Shown here: in pieces, positions 37,888-47,601 of the stretch
Layout: each line of letters opens with the position of its first letter
Position numbering within the stretch: position 1 is the stretch's first letter
DNA from: an uncultured Candidatus Micrarchaeota archaeon
Lineage (GTDB): Archaea > Micrarchaeota > Micrarchaeia > Micrarchaeales > Micrarchaeaceae
Direction of reading: 5' to 3'
Assembly (NCBI GenBank): GCA_963741095.1
Contig: CAVUGN010000001.1
Location: 79,747-143,746 of the forward strand
Length of the DNA stretch: 64,000 nt
Position numbers and translations under genes: made by a program
Notes under the pieces: model-generated
The model's database searches: none
Told to the model about the DNA's origin: nothing
Seen by the model: the letters and a program-made list of their open reading frames with translations, nothing else

Positions 37888-38643
37888 TCATCGCATTGAT
37901 CTGTAGGCTTTTAGCAGGGATCCGTTGTCTTCGTTCGCCCGCATCTTCGACGCGACCTGCTCGTTGATCTGCTTTTTGCCGAACTTCTTCGAGCACAGAA
38001 GTATGTAATTCGCGAAGTGGATGTGGCTGATCCTGTAGACGTACTTGAACGACTTGCGCAGCTTGCGCATATACAGTGGAAGATAGAACACGTCCGGAGC
38101 AAAATTTATGGCGAGTATGCCGTCATCCTTGAGTGCGCCGTGGGCTGCACTGATGAAGGTCTTGTCGAGGAACTGCTCGGGTATGTGCACGCCGCGGTCG
38201 TAGGCGTCCTGTATTATTATGTCGTACTTGCCTTTGCTCTTCTTGACAAAATCCGCGCCATCCTGGATTATTATGTTGAAATCGATTTTGCCTGGCGGCA
38301 GGAATTTCCTTGTTAGATCGACGTAGTCGCAGTTCACCTCGACCACGTCTATGGACAGCTTGCCGGGGTATAGCTTCGACAGCTGGAATGGTATAGTTCC
38401 GGCACCGAGGCCGAGCATCAGTATCCTGGGCTTGGAGTACAGCGCCGGCAGCGGCAGGAAGTAATCGTGGTAGGAACCAAGGTAGAGGGACTTGCTGTCG
38501 AGCTCGGAGTATATGACGCCGTTGACCTTTAGGAAGCTTCGCTCTCCTTTCTTCGATATCGTGTATCTTGTCTTGCCCCGGTCAAGCCGGTAGATCTCCA
38601 CCTCCGGGACAAAGAGGCCCTTGAGCGCGCTTATGATTCCCAC
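37888..38643 (-). CDS. spermidine synthase-like SAM-dependent transferase
   Basis: ILMLGLGAG, DVVEV, DGADF, YDIIIQDAY, LKDDGILAIN. Confidence 0.8.
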   Translation of the reverse strand: MGIISALKGLFVPEVEIYRLDRGKTRYTISKKGERSFLKVNGVIYSELDSKSLYLGSYHDYFLPLPALYSKPRILMLGLGAGTIPFQLSKLYPGKLSIDVVEVNCDYVDLTRKFLPPGKIDFNIIIQDGADFVKKSKGKYDIIIQDAYDRGVHIPEQFLDKTFISAAHGALKDDGILAINFAPDVFYLPLYMRKLRKSFKYVYRISHIHFANYILLCSKKFGKKQINEQVASKMRANEDNGSLLKAYRSMR

Positions 38644-38664
38644 AGGATCAAGGAGTTATCTGTT

Positions 38665-41600
38665 TTAGCTATTAAATAGTGGTTTCCGATAGGTCGGCCA
38701 GGTGCTGTGCCGCCTTCTCCTCTTTACGGCCAGGTATATGGCCGACATGATTATGATGATGGAGACTGCCGCTATGCCGTATTCGGCGCCGTTGTTGGAT
38801 GTTGGCTTTTGCGCTATCGTGGTGGGCGTTGTCGTAGCAGGCTGTGTCGGTTCGAACAGTGCCACGGTGCGATCCACGCCGATGTTGAATGACACCAAGC
38901 AGGCGGTAGCGTTGATCGTGCCATTCGTTATCGGCTGCCATGTGCCGTTTACCAACAGGTATGGGGATACCTCGCTTGAAGGTATGCTGCAATTGTAGCT
39001 GAGCCGCATCATCAGGTTCAGTTCGGACTGCAATTTCGCGACGCCGGTCACGTTTATCCTCAATGCGAGGAGCTTTGTATAACCAGGAAGGAGCACAGTA
39101 TCGTTGCGGGTCACATTGGTTATTGTTATGTTGAAGTGCCCTGAGGATGTGGACTGTACGATTACATACGCCTGGCCATTGTTGAGGTCGAGCGTGCTGG
39201 ATCCCGAGCTCGGCACCGATATTGTTGTCGAGACGTTGTTTCCAGACACGTTCAGCTGGGGCGTAGTCTGCGGCTGCACGGTGGTCGTGGCTGTTGTCGC
39301 AACGGTGGTGATCGTAGAGGTGGCAGAGGTGGTTGAAGAGATCGCATTTGTGGAAGGGGAGCCCGACCCAGCCCCGCCCTGTGATTGCTGTGTGCCAACC
39401 TGGATGGTGTTCTGGACCGAACTGAAGATGTATGGAACGTTGGTGCCGGTGTCCGTGATAACCGCGTTGTACGAATCCGTGCCTGCAGGAGGGACGAATG
39501 CCCCGAAAGTGATGGTGCCGGCGAACTGGCCGGTGAGCGTATTGACCACCGCGCCACTAGATGCGACTAGGTTGGCGACGAACGGTCCAATGCCGCCATT
39601 GAGAAGCACGTTGTAGGTGATAGATTGGCCAACAGTCAATTGAGATGCGGACGGCGTCAGGGAAGTGGCGGTGGGCGTAACCGCGACAGTTATGGTGTTT
39701 GATGATGCCGAGAATGAGGATTCCGGAGTGTTAGAAGAATCAGTCACTTCGAGCGCGAAGTTGTAGGTGTTGCCGCCTGCCAGCGTGCCTGCAGGTATGG
39801 TACAAGTCGCGGTGTTGCCCGCGATCTGGCCGCTGCCGGTGTTCGCAGTGCACTGGGTTGCGCCGGAATATGCACCGCCATTCACGGAAATGTGCCAGGT
39901 GTATGAATAGGGCGATGTGCCAGTGGACGGCAAGACGGCGGTTATTGTTTCAGTCTGGCTGGAGTCGATTGTTGAATACGCTATTCCTGGCTGGGCTGAT
40001 TGAGTGAGTTGCGGTGACACGGTTATGGTCGACGAAGCAGTGGATGTGGAAATCTCATTAGCCTGCGAGCTGTCGGATACTCGGAGTTCGAAACTGTAGG
40101 TTTTGATTGTGGATAATGTGTTGCCGGGTATGCTGCAGGTGACGATGTTGCTGGAAGTCTGCCCGGTGCCGCTGTTGGTTGCGCATTGGGTTGTGGCGGA
40201 ATATGAGACGCCCCCGTTGGTCGAGACGAGCCAATTATAGGTGTATGGCGATACTCCGGTTGATGGGATCACGGCAGTGATTGTCTCGGCCTGATCGACG
40301 TCGAGCTTCGATGTTGACACCGTGGGCGCGGATGGCGCTGTGAGCGGCGGATACACAGTAACAGTGCCGGATGAAGCGGAGAAGACGCTCTCCTGGGCGG
40401 TCGCGGAATCTGTTGTCTCCAGCGCGAAGGTGTAGAAGTCGCCTCCGGACAATGTGTTGCCTGGTATGGTGCATGTGACCGTGTTGCCGGGGATCTGGCC
40501 GCTGTTGCTGTTGACTGTGCATTGCGTTGCGCCGGCGTATACGCCGTTGTTTGTGGAGACGTGCCACGTGTACGCGTAAGGCGAGGTGCCCGTTGACTGG
40601 ATGTTGGCGGTCACAGTCTCAATCTGGTCGGAGTCGAGGTTCGCGGCCGAGATTGATGGAGTGTTGGAATTTGTGAGCGGCGACGCCACGACGACGTTCT
40701 GAGTCGTGAATGAGTTCGTCGTGTCGGGAATCGTGTCGCTGTCGGTGACCTGCAGCTTGAATGAATAGGTGTGCGTGGCGATAAGATTTCCTCCGAAGAT
40801 GTTGCAAAGCACCGTAACGCCGTTGGCTTCGCCCGTTCCGCTGTTGACGTCGCATTGGGCCGTCGGTGCATAAGAGCCGCCGTTGTCCGAGATCAGCCAA
40901 TTGTAGGTGTACGGTGCGGTGCCCGTTGATGGCATGACGCCGGTTAGGATCTCTGTTTGGTCCGCGTCGAGGCTTGATGCGGAAACTGCAGGCGAGTTTG
41001 CCACAGCCGGGGATACCACGTTTATCGTGTTGTTTGAAGCGGAAAATGCGCTCTCCTGCGCGGTCGCGGAATCCGTTATCTCAAACGCGAAGTTGTAGAA
41101 GTTGCCACCGGCGAGAGTATTGCGCGGAATGGTGCAGGTGACTGTGTTGCCCGCAATCTGGCCGGTGCCGCTGTTGACCGTGCACTGCGTTGCGCCGGCG
41201 TATACACCGTTGTTTGTGGAGACGTGCCACGTGTATGAATAGGGCGCTGTTCCAGTGGAGGGGATTATCTCGTTTATCGTCTCTATCTCGTATTGGTCGA
41301 GGTTGTTGGCGGAGATTGTCGGAGCCATGGGCAGGGTAAGTTCTGATGACACGGCAACATTGGAGGATGTAGATGATGTAGCAGTATCAGGAGTCTGGGC
41401 GCTGTCCGATATCTGAAGTTCAAAGCGGTAGGTGTTGCCAATGGTGAACGTGCTTTCTGGGACAGTGCAGGTGACCGTGTTGCCTGGTGACAGGCCGCTG
41501 CCCGTGTTAGAAGTGCACTGCGTAGCCGCGGAATAAGCCCCGTTGTTGACGGATATCAACCAGACGTACGAGTAAGGTAAAATGCCAGTAGACGGCACGA

Positions 41601-44600
41601 CGCTGGTCACTGTTTCGGCCTGGTCGTTATCCAGTTTTGAAGCGGAGATTGCGGGCGTGGATGGCGCGGTGAGCTGCGAATAAACGGATATTGTGTTCGA
41701 CGCCGCGGAGAAGGCGCTCCCCTGGGCGGTTGCGGAATCCGTGACTTCCAGTTCGAAGTTGTAGGTGTTGCCTGCCGAGAGCGTGCCGCCGGGTACGGTG
41801 CAGGTGACTGTGTTGCCGGCGATCTGGCCGCTGCCGGTGTTCGCAGTGCACTGGGTTGCGCCGGAATATGCACCGCCATTCACGGAGAGGTGCCATGTGT
41901 AAGAATAGGGCGAGGTGCCGGTCGATGGTATCGTGCCGGTTATCGTCTCCACCTGGTCGGAGTCGAGGCTTGCTGCGGAGGTTGAGGGTGTTGTTGGAGG
42001 CGTGAGCTGGGATGATACCGCTATGGTTGAAGAGCCCGGGGAGTTCGTGGTCTCGGAAGTCGCTGCTCCATCGGACACCTGAAGTTTGAAGGTGTACGTG
42101 TCGCCCATAGTGAACGTGTTGGCGGGAACTGCGCATGCAACAGTGTTGCCAGCGATCTGGCCGATGCCACTTGTGGACGCACACGATGTTGTAGCGGAAT
42201 AAGCGCCGCCGTTGACGGATTCGTACCAGTTGTAGGAGTACGTGGATGTGCCGGTTGATGGGATCACCCCGGTTATCGTCTCCGCCTGATCGACGTCGAG
42301 CTTCGATGCGGACACTACAGGTGTTGCGGCCGGCGTGAGCTGGGATGCTACAGCCACAGTGGGCGAGGCCGAAGATGTAACAATCTCGGGGGTTGATGCG
42401 CTATCAGAAACCTTCAGCTCGAATAGGTAGTTTTGGCCTGAAGCGAGTATGCCGCCGACTATGCTGCACGTGACTGTGTTGCCCGATGCCTGGCCGGTGC
42501 CGCTGTTGGTTGCGCATTGGGTTGTGGCGGAATACGAAGATCCACCGTTTGTCGAGTAGAGCCAGTTGTAGGTGTATGGTGTGTTGCCCGTTGAAGGCAT
42601 CATGCCGGTTACTGCCTCTGCCTGGTCTGCGTCGATCTTCGAAGCGGAGATGGTCGGTGCAGATGGGGCGTTGAGCTGGGATGAGACGACCACGTTGCTC
42701 GTTGCTGGTGATAACGCGGATTCTTGCAGGGTCGCGGAATCCAACGAGTGCAATATGAAGCTGTAGGCGTTCCCGGCCGCGAGAGTGTTGCCAGGTATTA
42801 CGCAGGTCACGGTGTTGCCCGCCAGCTGGTTGGCACCGATGTTCACAGTGCACAGCGACGTGTGTATGTACGGGCCGCCATCCGTGGAGATGTGCCAGTG
42901 GTAATAATACAGCGGCGTCCCTGTCGACGGTATTACGCCCGTCACCGTTTCTGTCTGGTCCACATCAAGGCTGCCTGCGGATATTATCGGCGTCAGGGCA
43001 GGAGTGAGCTGTGATGATACGGTCAATGTTGAGGACGCGGATGAAGTTGCAGTCAAGGAATCGGCATCGGTCACCTGCAGCTCGAAATTGTACAGATTGT
43101 TTGCCACGAGCGCATTTGAAGCAATGTCGCAGGTGACCATGTTGCCCGCGGTCTGGTTGGAGCCGGTCGGCGCAGCGCATTGGGTAGCACTCAAATAGCC
43201 GCCGCCGTTTGTGGAGATGAGCCAACTATAAGTGTACGGTGAAGTGCCGGTGGAGGGCATTACGCCGGTCACCGACTCGGCTTCGTCAACGTCGAGATAT
43301 GGAGCGGATAGTGTGGGTGCCGAAGGGGGCGTCAATGAGGGGTAGACTGTTATCGTGTTGGATGCCGCGGAGAAGGCGCTCTCCTGGGCGGTCGCGGAAT
43401 CCGTGACTTCTATTTCGAAATTGTATATGTTGCCTGCCGAAAGGGTGCCGCCTGGTATGGTGCATGTGACCGTGTTGCCGGGGATCTGGCCGCTGTTGCT
43501 GTTGACTGTGCATTGCGTTGCGCCGGCGTATACGCCGTTGTTTGTGGAGACGTGCCACGTGTACGCGTAAGGCGAGGTGCCTGTTGACGGCATGTTCGCG
43601 GTTATGGTTTCGGTTTGGCCTGCATCGAGATTCGCTATGGATATCGATGGTTTTGCCGGGGATGTCAGTTGCGATGAAACGACTACGTTTGAAGTCGGCT
43701 GCGAAGTCGTCGTGTCTGGAATGGTGTCGCTGTCGGTGACCTGCAGCTTGAATGAATAGGTGTGCGTGGCGATAAGATTTCCTCCGAAGATGTTGCAAAG
43801 CACCGTAACGCCGTTGGCTTCGCCCGTTCCGCTGTTGACGTCGCATTGGGCCGTCGGTGCATAAGAGCCGCCGTTGTCCGAGATCAGCCAATTGTAGGTG
43901 TACGGTGCGGTGCCCGTTGATGGCATGACGCCGGTTACAATCTCGTTTTGGTTTGCATCAAGGCTTGTAGCAGAAACTGCGGGAGCATTCGCCACTGCCG
44001 GAGATACGACGTTTATCGTGTTAGAAGAAGGAGAGAACGAGCTCTCCTGCGCGGTCGCGGAATCGGTTATCTCCAGCGCGAAGTTGTAGAAGTTGCCTCC
44101 TGAAAGAGTGTTGCTGGGTATGGTGCATGTGACTGTGTTGCCCGCTAGCTGGTTGGAGCCTATGTTCGCGGTGCATTGCGTTGCGCCGGAATATGCGCCG
44201 CCATTAGTTGAGATGTGCCAGGTGTAGAAGTAAAGCGCCGTTCCCGTAGACGGGATTATCCCGTTTATCGTTTCCGTCCCGTATTGGTCGAGATTGTTGG
44301 CGGATATTGTGGGCGCGGCTGGGGTGGTGAGCTTGGATGCGACGGATATTGTTGGCGATGCCGAGGATGTCGCAGACTCCGATGCTATGGCACCGTCAGT
44401 CACCTTCAATTCGAATAGGTAATTTGTGCTCGCTATCAGGGTGTTGGGCGATATGCTGCACGTGACTGTGTTGCCCGCAATCTGGCCGGTGCCGCTGTTG
44501 GTTGCGCATTGGGTTGTGGCGGAATACGAGGATCCGCCGTTTGTCGAGTAGAGCCAGTTGTAGGTGAATGGCGAGGTCCCGGTAGATGGGATGGTATCCG

Positions 44601-47565
44601 TTATCGTTTCTGCCTGGTCATAATCAAGTTTGGGATTGGATACTGCTGGCGCAGAAGGAGCGGCAAGTTGCGAAGAGACGACCACGTTGCTCGATGCCGC
44701 GGAGACGGTATCTTCAGACACGGTCGCAGAATCGACGATCTCTAGCTTGAAGCCATAGGTGTTGCCTGCTGCAAGCGTGTTTCCCAGTATCGTGCAGGTG
44801 ACCGTGTTACCTGCAATCTGGTTGGAGCCTATGTTCGCGGTGCACTGGGTGGTGTGCATGAATGCGCCGCCATTCGTTGAGACCTGCCAAGCATAAGCGT
44901 AAAGGGATGTGCCTGTTGAGGGGATTATGCCATTGATCGTTTCCACCTGGTTCGCGTCAATCTTTGCGGCAGATATCGTAGGAGCCGCAGCGGCGGTGAG
45001 CTGGGATGAAACTGATACGGTAGGAGATGCTGATGATGTGACCGCTGCCGGAACCGATGCACCGTCAGTCACCTTCAATTCGAATAGGTAATTTGTGCTC
45101 GCTATCAGGGTGTTGGGCGATATGCTGCACGTGACTGTGTTGCCCGCAATCTGGCCGGTGCCGCTGTTGGTTGCGCATTGGGTTGTGGCGGAATACGAGG
45201 ATCCGCCGTTTGTCGAGTAGAGCCAGTTGTAGGTGAATGGCGAGGTCCCGGTAGATGGGATCGTGCCGGTTATCGTCTCGGCCTGGTCAAAATCCAATTT
45301 CGGCGCGGATACTGTTGGTGCGGCAACTGCAAGCTGCGGTGAAACGGATATGGTGGGCGATGTTGATGAGGTCGCCGTCGACGGGTTTATGGAATTGTCG
45401 GTTATCTTCAATTCGAAGTTGTACGTGCTGCCCGCGGTTAGGGTGCTTCCCGGAATTATGCATGAAACGGTGCTGCCGGAGGTCTGGCCGCTGCCGCTGT
45501 TTGCGCCGCACTGGGTCGCAGCGGCGTAAGCTCCCCCGTTTACGGATACGAGCCAGTTGTAAGTGTACGGTCCGGTGCCGGTCGATGGAATTATGCCGTT
45601 CACGGTTTCTGCCTGGTTCGCATCGAGCTTTGCGGCGGATATGGTAGGCGCGGATACGGTCAATGCGGGATTCACCGTGACAGTATCCCCTGGCGAGCAG
45701 AGCGTGTTTGGTGTTGAAGCCGAATCGGTTATCTTCACGGAATAGATGGTGTTTGAGACTGGTGAAGGCGAGTAGGTCTGTAGAGTGTTGCCTGCCAGTA
45801 TCGTATTGCACGAACTCCCAGTGTACCACTGGTAGGTGTAGGGTGTGGTGCCCCCAGACGGGTTGGCGGTCAGCGTTATCGACTGGCCGTTGTCTATCGA
45901 AGGCGCACTGGGGGTTATGGCGCCGGTTGAAAGCGCGGGGTTTATCGTTATGGTGTTTGTCGGCGCAGGACTAGGGCTCAGGTCATTGCCCGTATCGCCC
46001 GCGAAGGCGTTGAACGTCCAAGTGCCGTATATCGTATTTGTTCCGATAGCGTTGGCGTAATAGACAACGCTGTTGAACGTCAGCTTCAGGCTGTTCGATG
46101 AAACCGCATTGATTGTTAGCGTGAGAGCGTTGTTCGCTACGGGCAGCAGAGCGATTATGGTGTTGCCGGCCACGATGTTCGAGGATGATGGAGCGAATCG
46201 AAGCCAGTTGCCGGTGTATGAAGCTGCACCGGCACCGCCGTTGGAAATTACGGTGTTTGCCACCGAAAGCTGGCCCACGTCGATCGTCTTGTTGGTGACA
46301 GTGTAGGGATTAGGCGTTGCCGTAAGCAGCGATTGCACGGTGTTGAAGGTTATGGTGGGCTGAACGCCGTTGGGCGGATATGTCCGCATCCGGAACCATT
46401 GGACATTTATCGGATTTGACACGGTGTTCGCGCCGTTGTAGTAGGTCGCGCTTATGCCGACATAGCCGGTGGTTACGCCTTGCTTGTTGCCGGTGGTGTA
46501 GGTCGTGGATACAAGGCTAGTGAGGGTGGTGCCCCCAGTGCCGTAACCGGAATAGAGATTTCCTGACCAGTGCCCTGCTGCGTCGGTTATCGACATGGTG
46601 TAGGGTGTGGACACAACGCCGTGATATGCGTTGTTCACGACCCACGCGACCTGGTCGTTGAGGAACGACAGGAATCCGTAGCTGTTGCTGTTCTGCTGGC
46701 CGAGGAACCTGTAGCCGAAAATATCCCCGCCTGAAGGCGTCGCCACGGCGACGATTCCGGCCCTGGCGATGGCTTGGGTGGTATAAGTGAATGGCATCTC
46801 GAGCACATAAGAGCCCGATGCCGCATAGCTTGCGCTTTCTATGAGCGCGGCGGTGCCGCCGTTGAGCGTGTTGGTACCCGCACTAATTTGCTGCAGGTAG
46901 CCGTTTGATGTTATCCAGTTACCGTCGAGGAATGTGAATTGCCCCCATTTTGTAGACCCGCCTCCGCCATACTGGGTGAACACGTTTGCGCCGTTATCGA
47001 AGGTCCCATAGCTGGTGCTGATCAACGGAGATTCTCCGATGGTGTTGCCGTCCATCAGCGTGTTTGCGGAGGTTACGACATTGCCTGCCCATCCAAAGTA
47101 TATGGTGTTTGAAGCCGACGCGGGAAACATTATGTTGCTTGGGTAGATGCGAATCCAGAACAGGACGTTGGCGCTTTGATAAAGGATGTTTGCATTGCCG
47201 TTCTCATTGAGCGTGTTGCCTTCGAGCCACGATGGTATCCGTGTGCCGTTAGCGTAGAAGAATTCTGTGTTGTTCAGGCTGTGGGTCTCGTAGACCTGGT
47301 ACTTGAGCGCGTTGTAGGATACCGGGATCTGGGCGTTTGGCGGCAATGCCGAGGTTTGGACGTTATTGATCTTTATTGCCGAAAAATAGATGACGTTTGC
47401 AGGAAGCGTCACCGCGTTTGCAAGAGGTATTAGCAGCATCATTAAGGATATCGTGAGCAGCAGGAATCGGGTGCTCTTTGAGCGGATGCCATGCGCTATC
47501 ATTGCTATCATGTTGATGCGCTCACCCGTTTCGCCCACAGCACCCCGTTTTGTATGCTCAAACAA
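38665..47565 (-). CDS. giant (2,966 aa) cell-surface protein: signal peptide, DUF2341-like N-terminus, 18 tandem ~110-aa Ig-like repeats, S/T linker, C-terminal TM
   Basis: 18 copies of PSTG..PY.Y.W...NGG.Y....QC......G.TV.C......L..G..Y.F.L..TD; C-terminal TM followed by KRRRR. Confidence 0.88.
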   Translation of the reverse strand: MFEHTKRGAVGETGERINMIAMIAHGIRSKSTRFLLLTISLMMLLIPLANAVTLPANVIYFSAIKINNVQTSALPPNAQIPVSYNALKYQVYETHSLNNTEFFYANGTRIPSWLEGNTLNENGNANILYQSANVLFWIRIYPSNIMFPASASNTIYFGWAGNVVTSANTLMDGNTIGESPLISTSYGTFDNGANVFTQYGGGGSTKWGQFTFLDGNWITSNGYLQQISAGTNTLNGGTAALIESASYAASGSYVLEMPFTYTTQAIARAGIVAVATPSGGDIFGYRFLGQQNSNSYGFLSFLNDQVAWVVNNAYHGVVSTPYTMSITDAAGHWSGNLYSGYGTGGTTLTSLVSTTYTTGNKQGVTTGYVGISATYYNGANTVSNPINVQWFRMRTYPPNGVQPTITFNTVQSLLTATPNPYTVTNKTIDVGQLSVANTVISNGGAGAASYTGNWLRFAPSSSNIVAGNTIIALLPVANNALTLTINAVSSNSLKLTFNSVVYYANAIGTNTIYGTWTFNAFAGDTGNDLSPSPAPTNTITINPALSTGAITPSAPSIDNGQSITLTANPSGGTTPYTYQWYTGSSCNTILAGNTLQTYSPSPVSNTIYSVKITDSASTPNTLCSPGDTVTVNPALTVSAPTISAAKLDANQAETVNGIIPSTGTGPYTYNWLVSVNGGAYAAATQCGANSGSGQTSGSTVSCIIPGSTLTAGSTYNFELKITDNSINPSTATSSTSPTISVSPQLAVAAPTVSAPKLDFDQAETITGTIPSTGTSPFTYNWLYSTNGGSSYSATTQCATNSGTGQIAGNTVTCSISPNTLIASTNYLFELKVTDGASVPAAVTSSASPTVSVSSQLTAAAAPTISAAKIDANQVETINGIIPSTGTSLYAYAWQVSTNGGAFMHTTQCTANIGSNQIAGNTVTCTILGNTLAAGNTYGFKLEIVDSATVSEDTVSAASSNVVVSSQLAAPSAPAVSNPKLDYDQAETITDTIPSTGTSPFTYNWLYSTNGGSSYSATTQCATNSGTGQIAGNTVTCSISPNTLIASTNYLFELKVTDGAIASESATSSASPTISVASKLTTPAAPTISANNLDQYGTETINGIIPSTGTALYFYTWHISTNGGAYSGATQCTANIGSNQLAGNTVTCTIPSNTLSGGNFYNFALEITDSATAQESSFSPSSNTINVVSPAVANAPAVSATSLDANQNEIVTGVMPSTGTAPYTYNWLISDNGGSYAPTAQCDVNSGTGEANGVTVLCNIFGGNLIATHTYSFKLQVTDSDTIPDTTTSQPTSNVVVSSQLTSPAKPSISIANLDAGQTETITANMPSTGTSPYAYTWHVSTNNGVYAGATQCTVNSNSGQIPGNTVTCTIPGGTLSAGNIYNFEIEVTDSATAQESAFSAASNTITVYPSLTPPSAPTLSAPYLDVDEAESVTGVMPSTGTSPYTYSWLISTNGGGYLSATQCAAPTGSNQTAGNMVTCDIASNALVANNLYNFELQVTDADSLTATSSASSTLTVSSQLTPALTPIISAGSLDVDQTETVTGVIPSTGTPLYYYHWHISTDGGPYIHTSLCTVNIGANQLAGNTVTCVIPGNTLAAGNAYSFILHSLDSATLQESALSPATSNVVVSSQLNAPSAPTISASKIDADQAEAVTGMMPSTGNTPYTYNWLYSTNGGSSYSATTQCATNSGTGQASGNTVTCSIVGGILASGQNYLFELKVSDSASTPEIVTSSASPTVAVASQLTPAATPVVSASKLDVDQAETITGVIPSTGTSTYSYNWYESVNGGAYSATTSCASTSGIGQIAGNTVACAVPANTFTMGDTYTFKLQVSDGAATSETTNSPGSSTIAVSSQLTPPTTPSTSAASLDSDQVETITGTIPSTGTSPYSYTWHLSVNGGAYSGATQCTANTGSGQIAGNTVTCTVPGGTLSAGNTYNFELEVTDSATAQGSAFSAASNTISVYSQLTAPSTPAISASKLDNDQAETVTSVVPSTGILPYSYVWLISVNNGAYSAATQCTSNTGSGLSPGNTVTCTVPESTFTIGNTYRFELQISDSAQTPDTATSSTSSNVAVSSELTLPMAPTISANNLDQYEIETINEIIPSTGTAPYSYTWHVSTNNGVYAGATQCTVNSGTGQIAGNTVTCTIPRNTLAGGNFYNFAFEITDSATAQESAFSASNNTINVVSPAVANSPAVSASSLDADQTEILTGVMPSTGTAPYTYNWLISDNGGSYAPTAQCDVNSGTGEANGVTVLCNIFGGNLIATHTYSFKLQVTDSDTIPDTTNSFTTQNVVVASPLTNSNTPSISAANLDSDQIETVTANIQSTGTSPYAYTWHVSTNNGVYAGATQCTVNSNSGQIPGNTVTCTIPGNTLSGGDFYTFALETTDSATAQESVFSASSGTVTVYPPLTAPSAPTVSTSKLDVDQAETITAVIPSTGVSPYTYNWLVSTNGGVSYSATTQCATNSGTGQTSSNIVTCSIPGNTLSTIKTYSFELRVSDSSQANEISTSTASSTITVSPQLTQSAQPGIAYSTIDSSQTETITAVLPSTGTSPYSYTWHISVNGGAYSGATQCTANTGSGQIAGNTATCTIPAGTLAGGNTYNFALEVTDSSNTPESSFSASSNTITVAVTPTATSLTPSASQLTVGQSITYNVLLNGGIGPFVANLVASSGAVVNTLTGQFAGTITFGAFVPPAGTDSYNAVITDTGTNVPYIFSSVQNTIQVGTQQSQGGAGSGSPSTNAISSTTSATSTITTVATTATTTVQPQTTPQLNVSGNNVSTTISVPSSGSSTLDLNNGQAYVIVQSTSSGHFNITITNVTRNDTVLLPGYTKLLALRINVTGVAKLQSELNLMMRLSYNCSIPSSEVSPYLLVNGTWQPITNGTINATACLVSFNIGVDRTVALFEPTQPATTTPTTIAQKPTSNNGAEYGIAAVSIIIIMSAIYLAVKRRRRHSTWPTYRKPLFNS
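39690..45650 (-). repeat. intragenic tandem ~330-bp repeats with near-identical block pairs
   Basis: For example ~44390-44592 matches ~45059-45261, and ~43724-43937 matches ~40733-40946. Confidence 0.88.
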
Positions 47566-47601
47566 TATTTTTATATCTGCCGTTTGAGCTTTGATTGTCC
47601 G

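Noticed and set aside
39690-45650. Repeats as a CRISPR array or diversity-generating retroelement
   Set aside because: They are ~330-bp in-frame coding units with no spacers, cas genes, reverse transcriptase or visible adenine-specific variation
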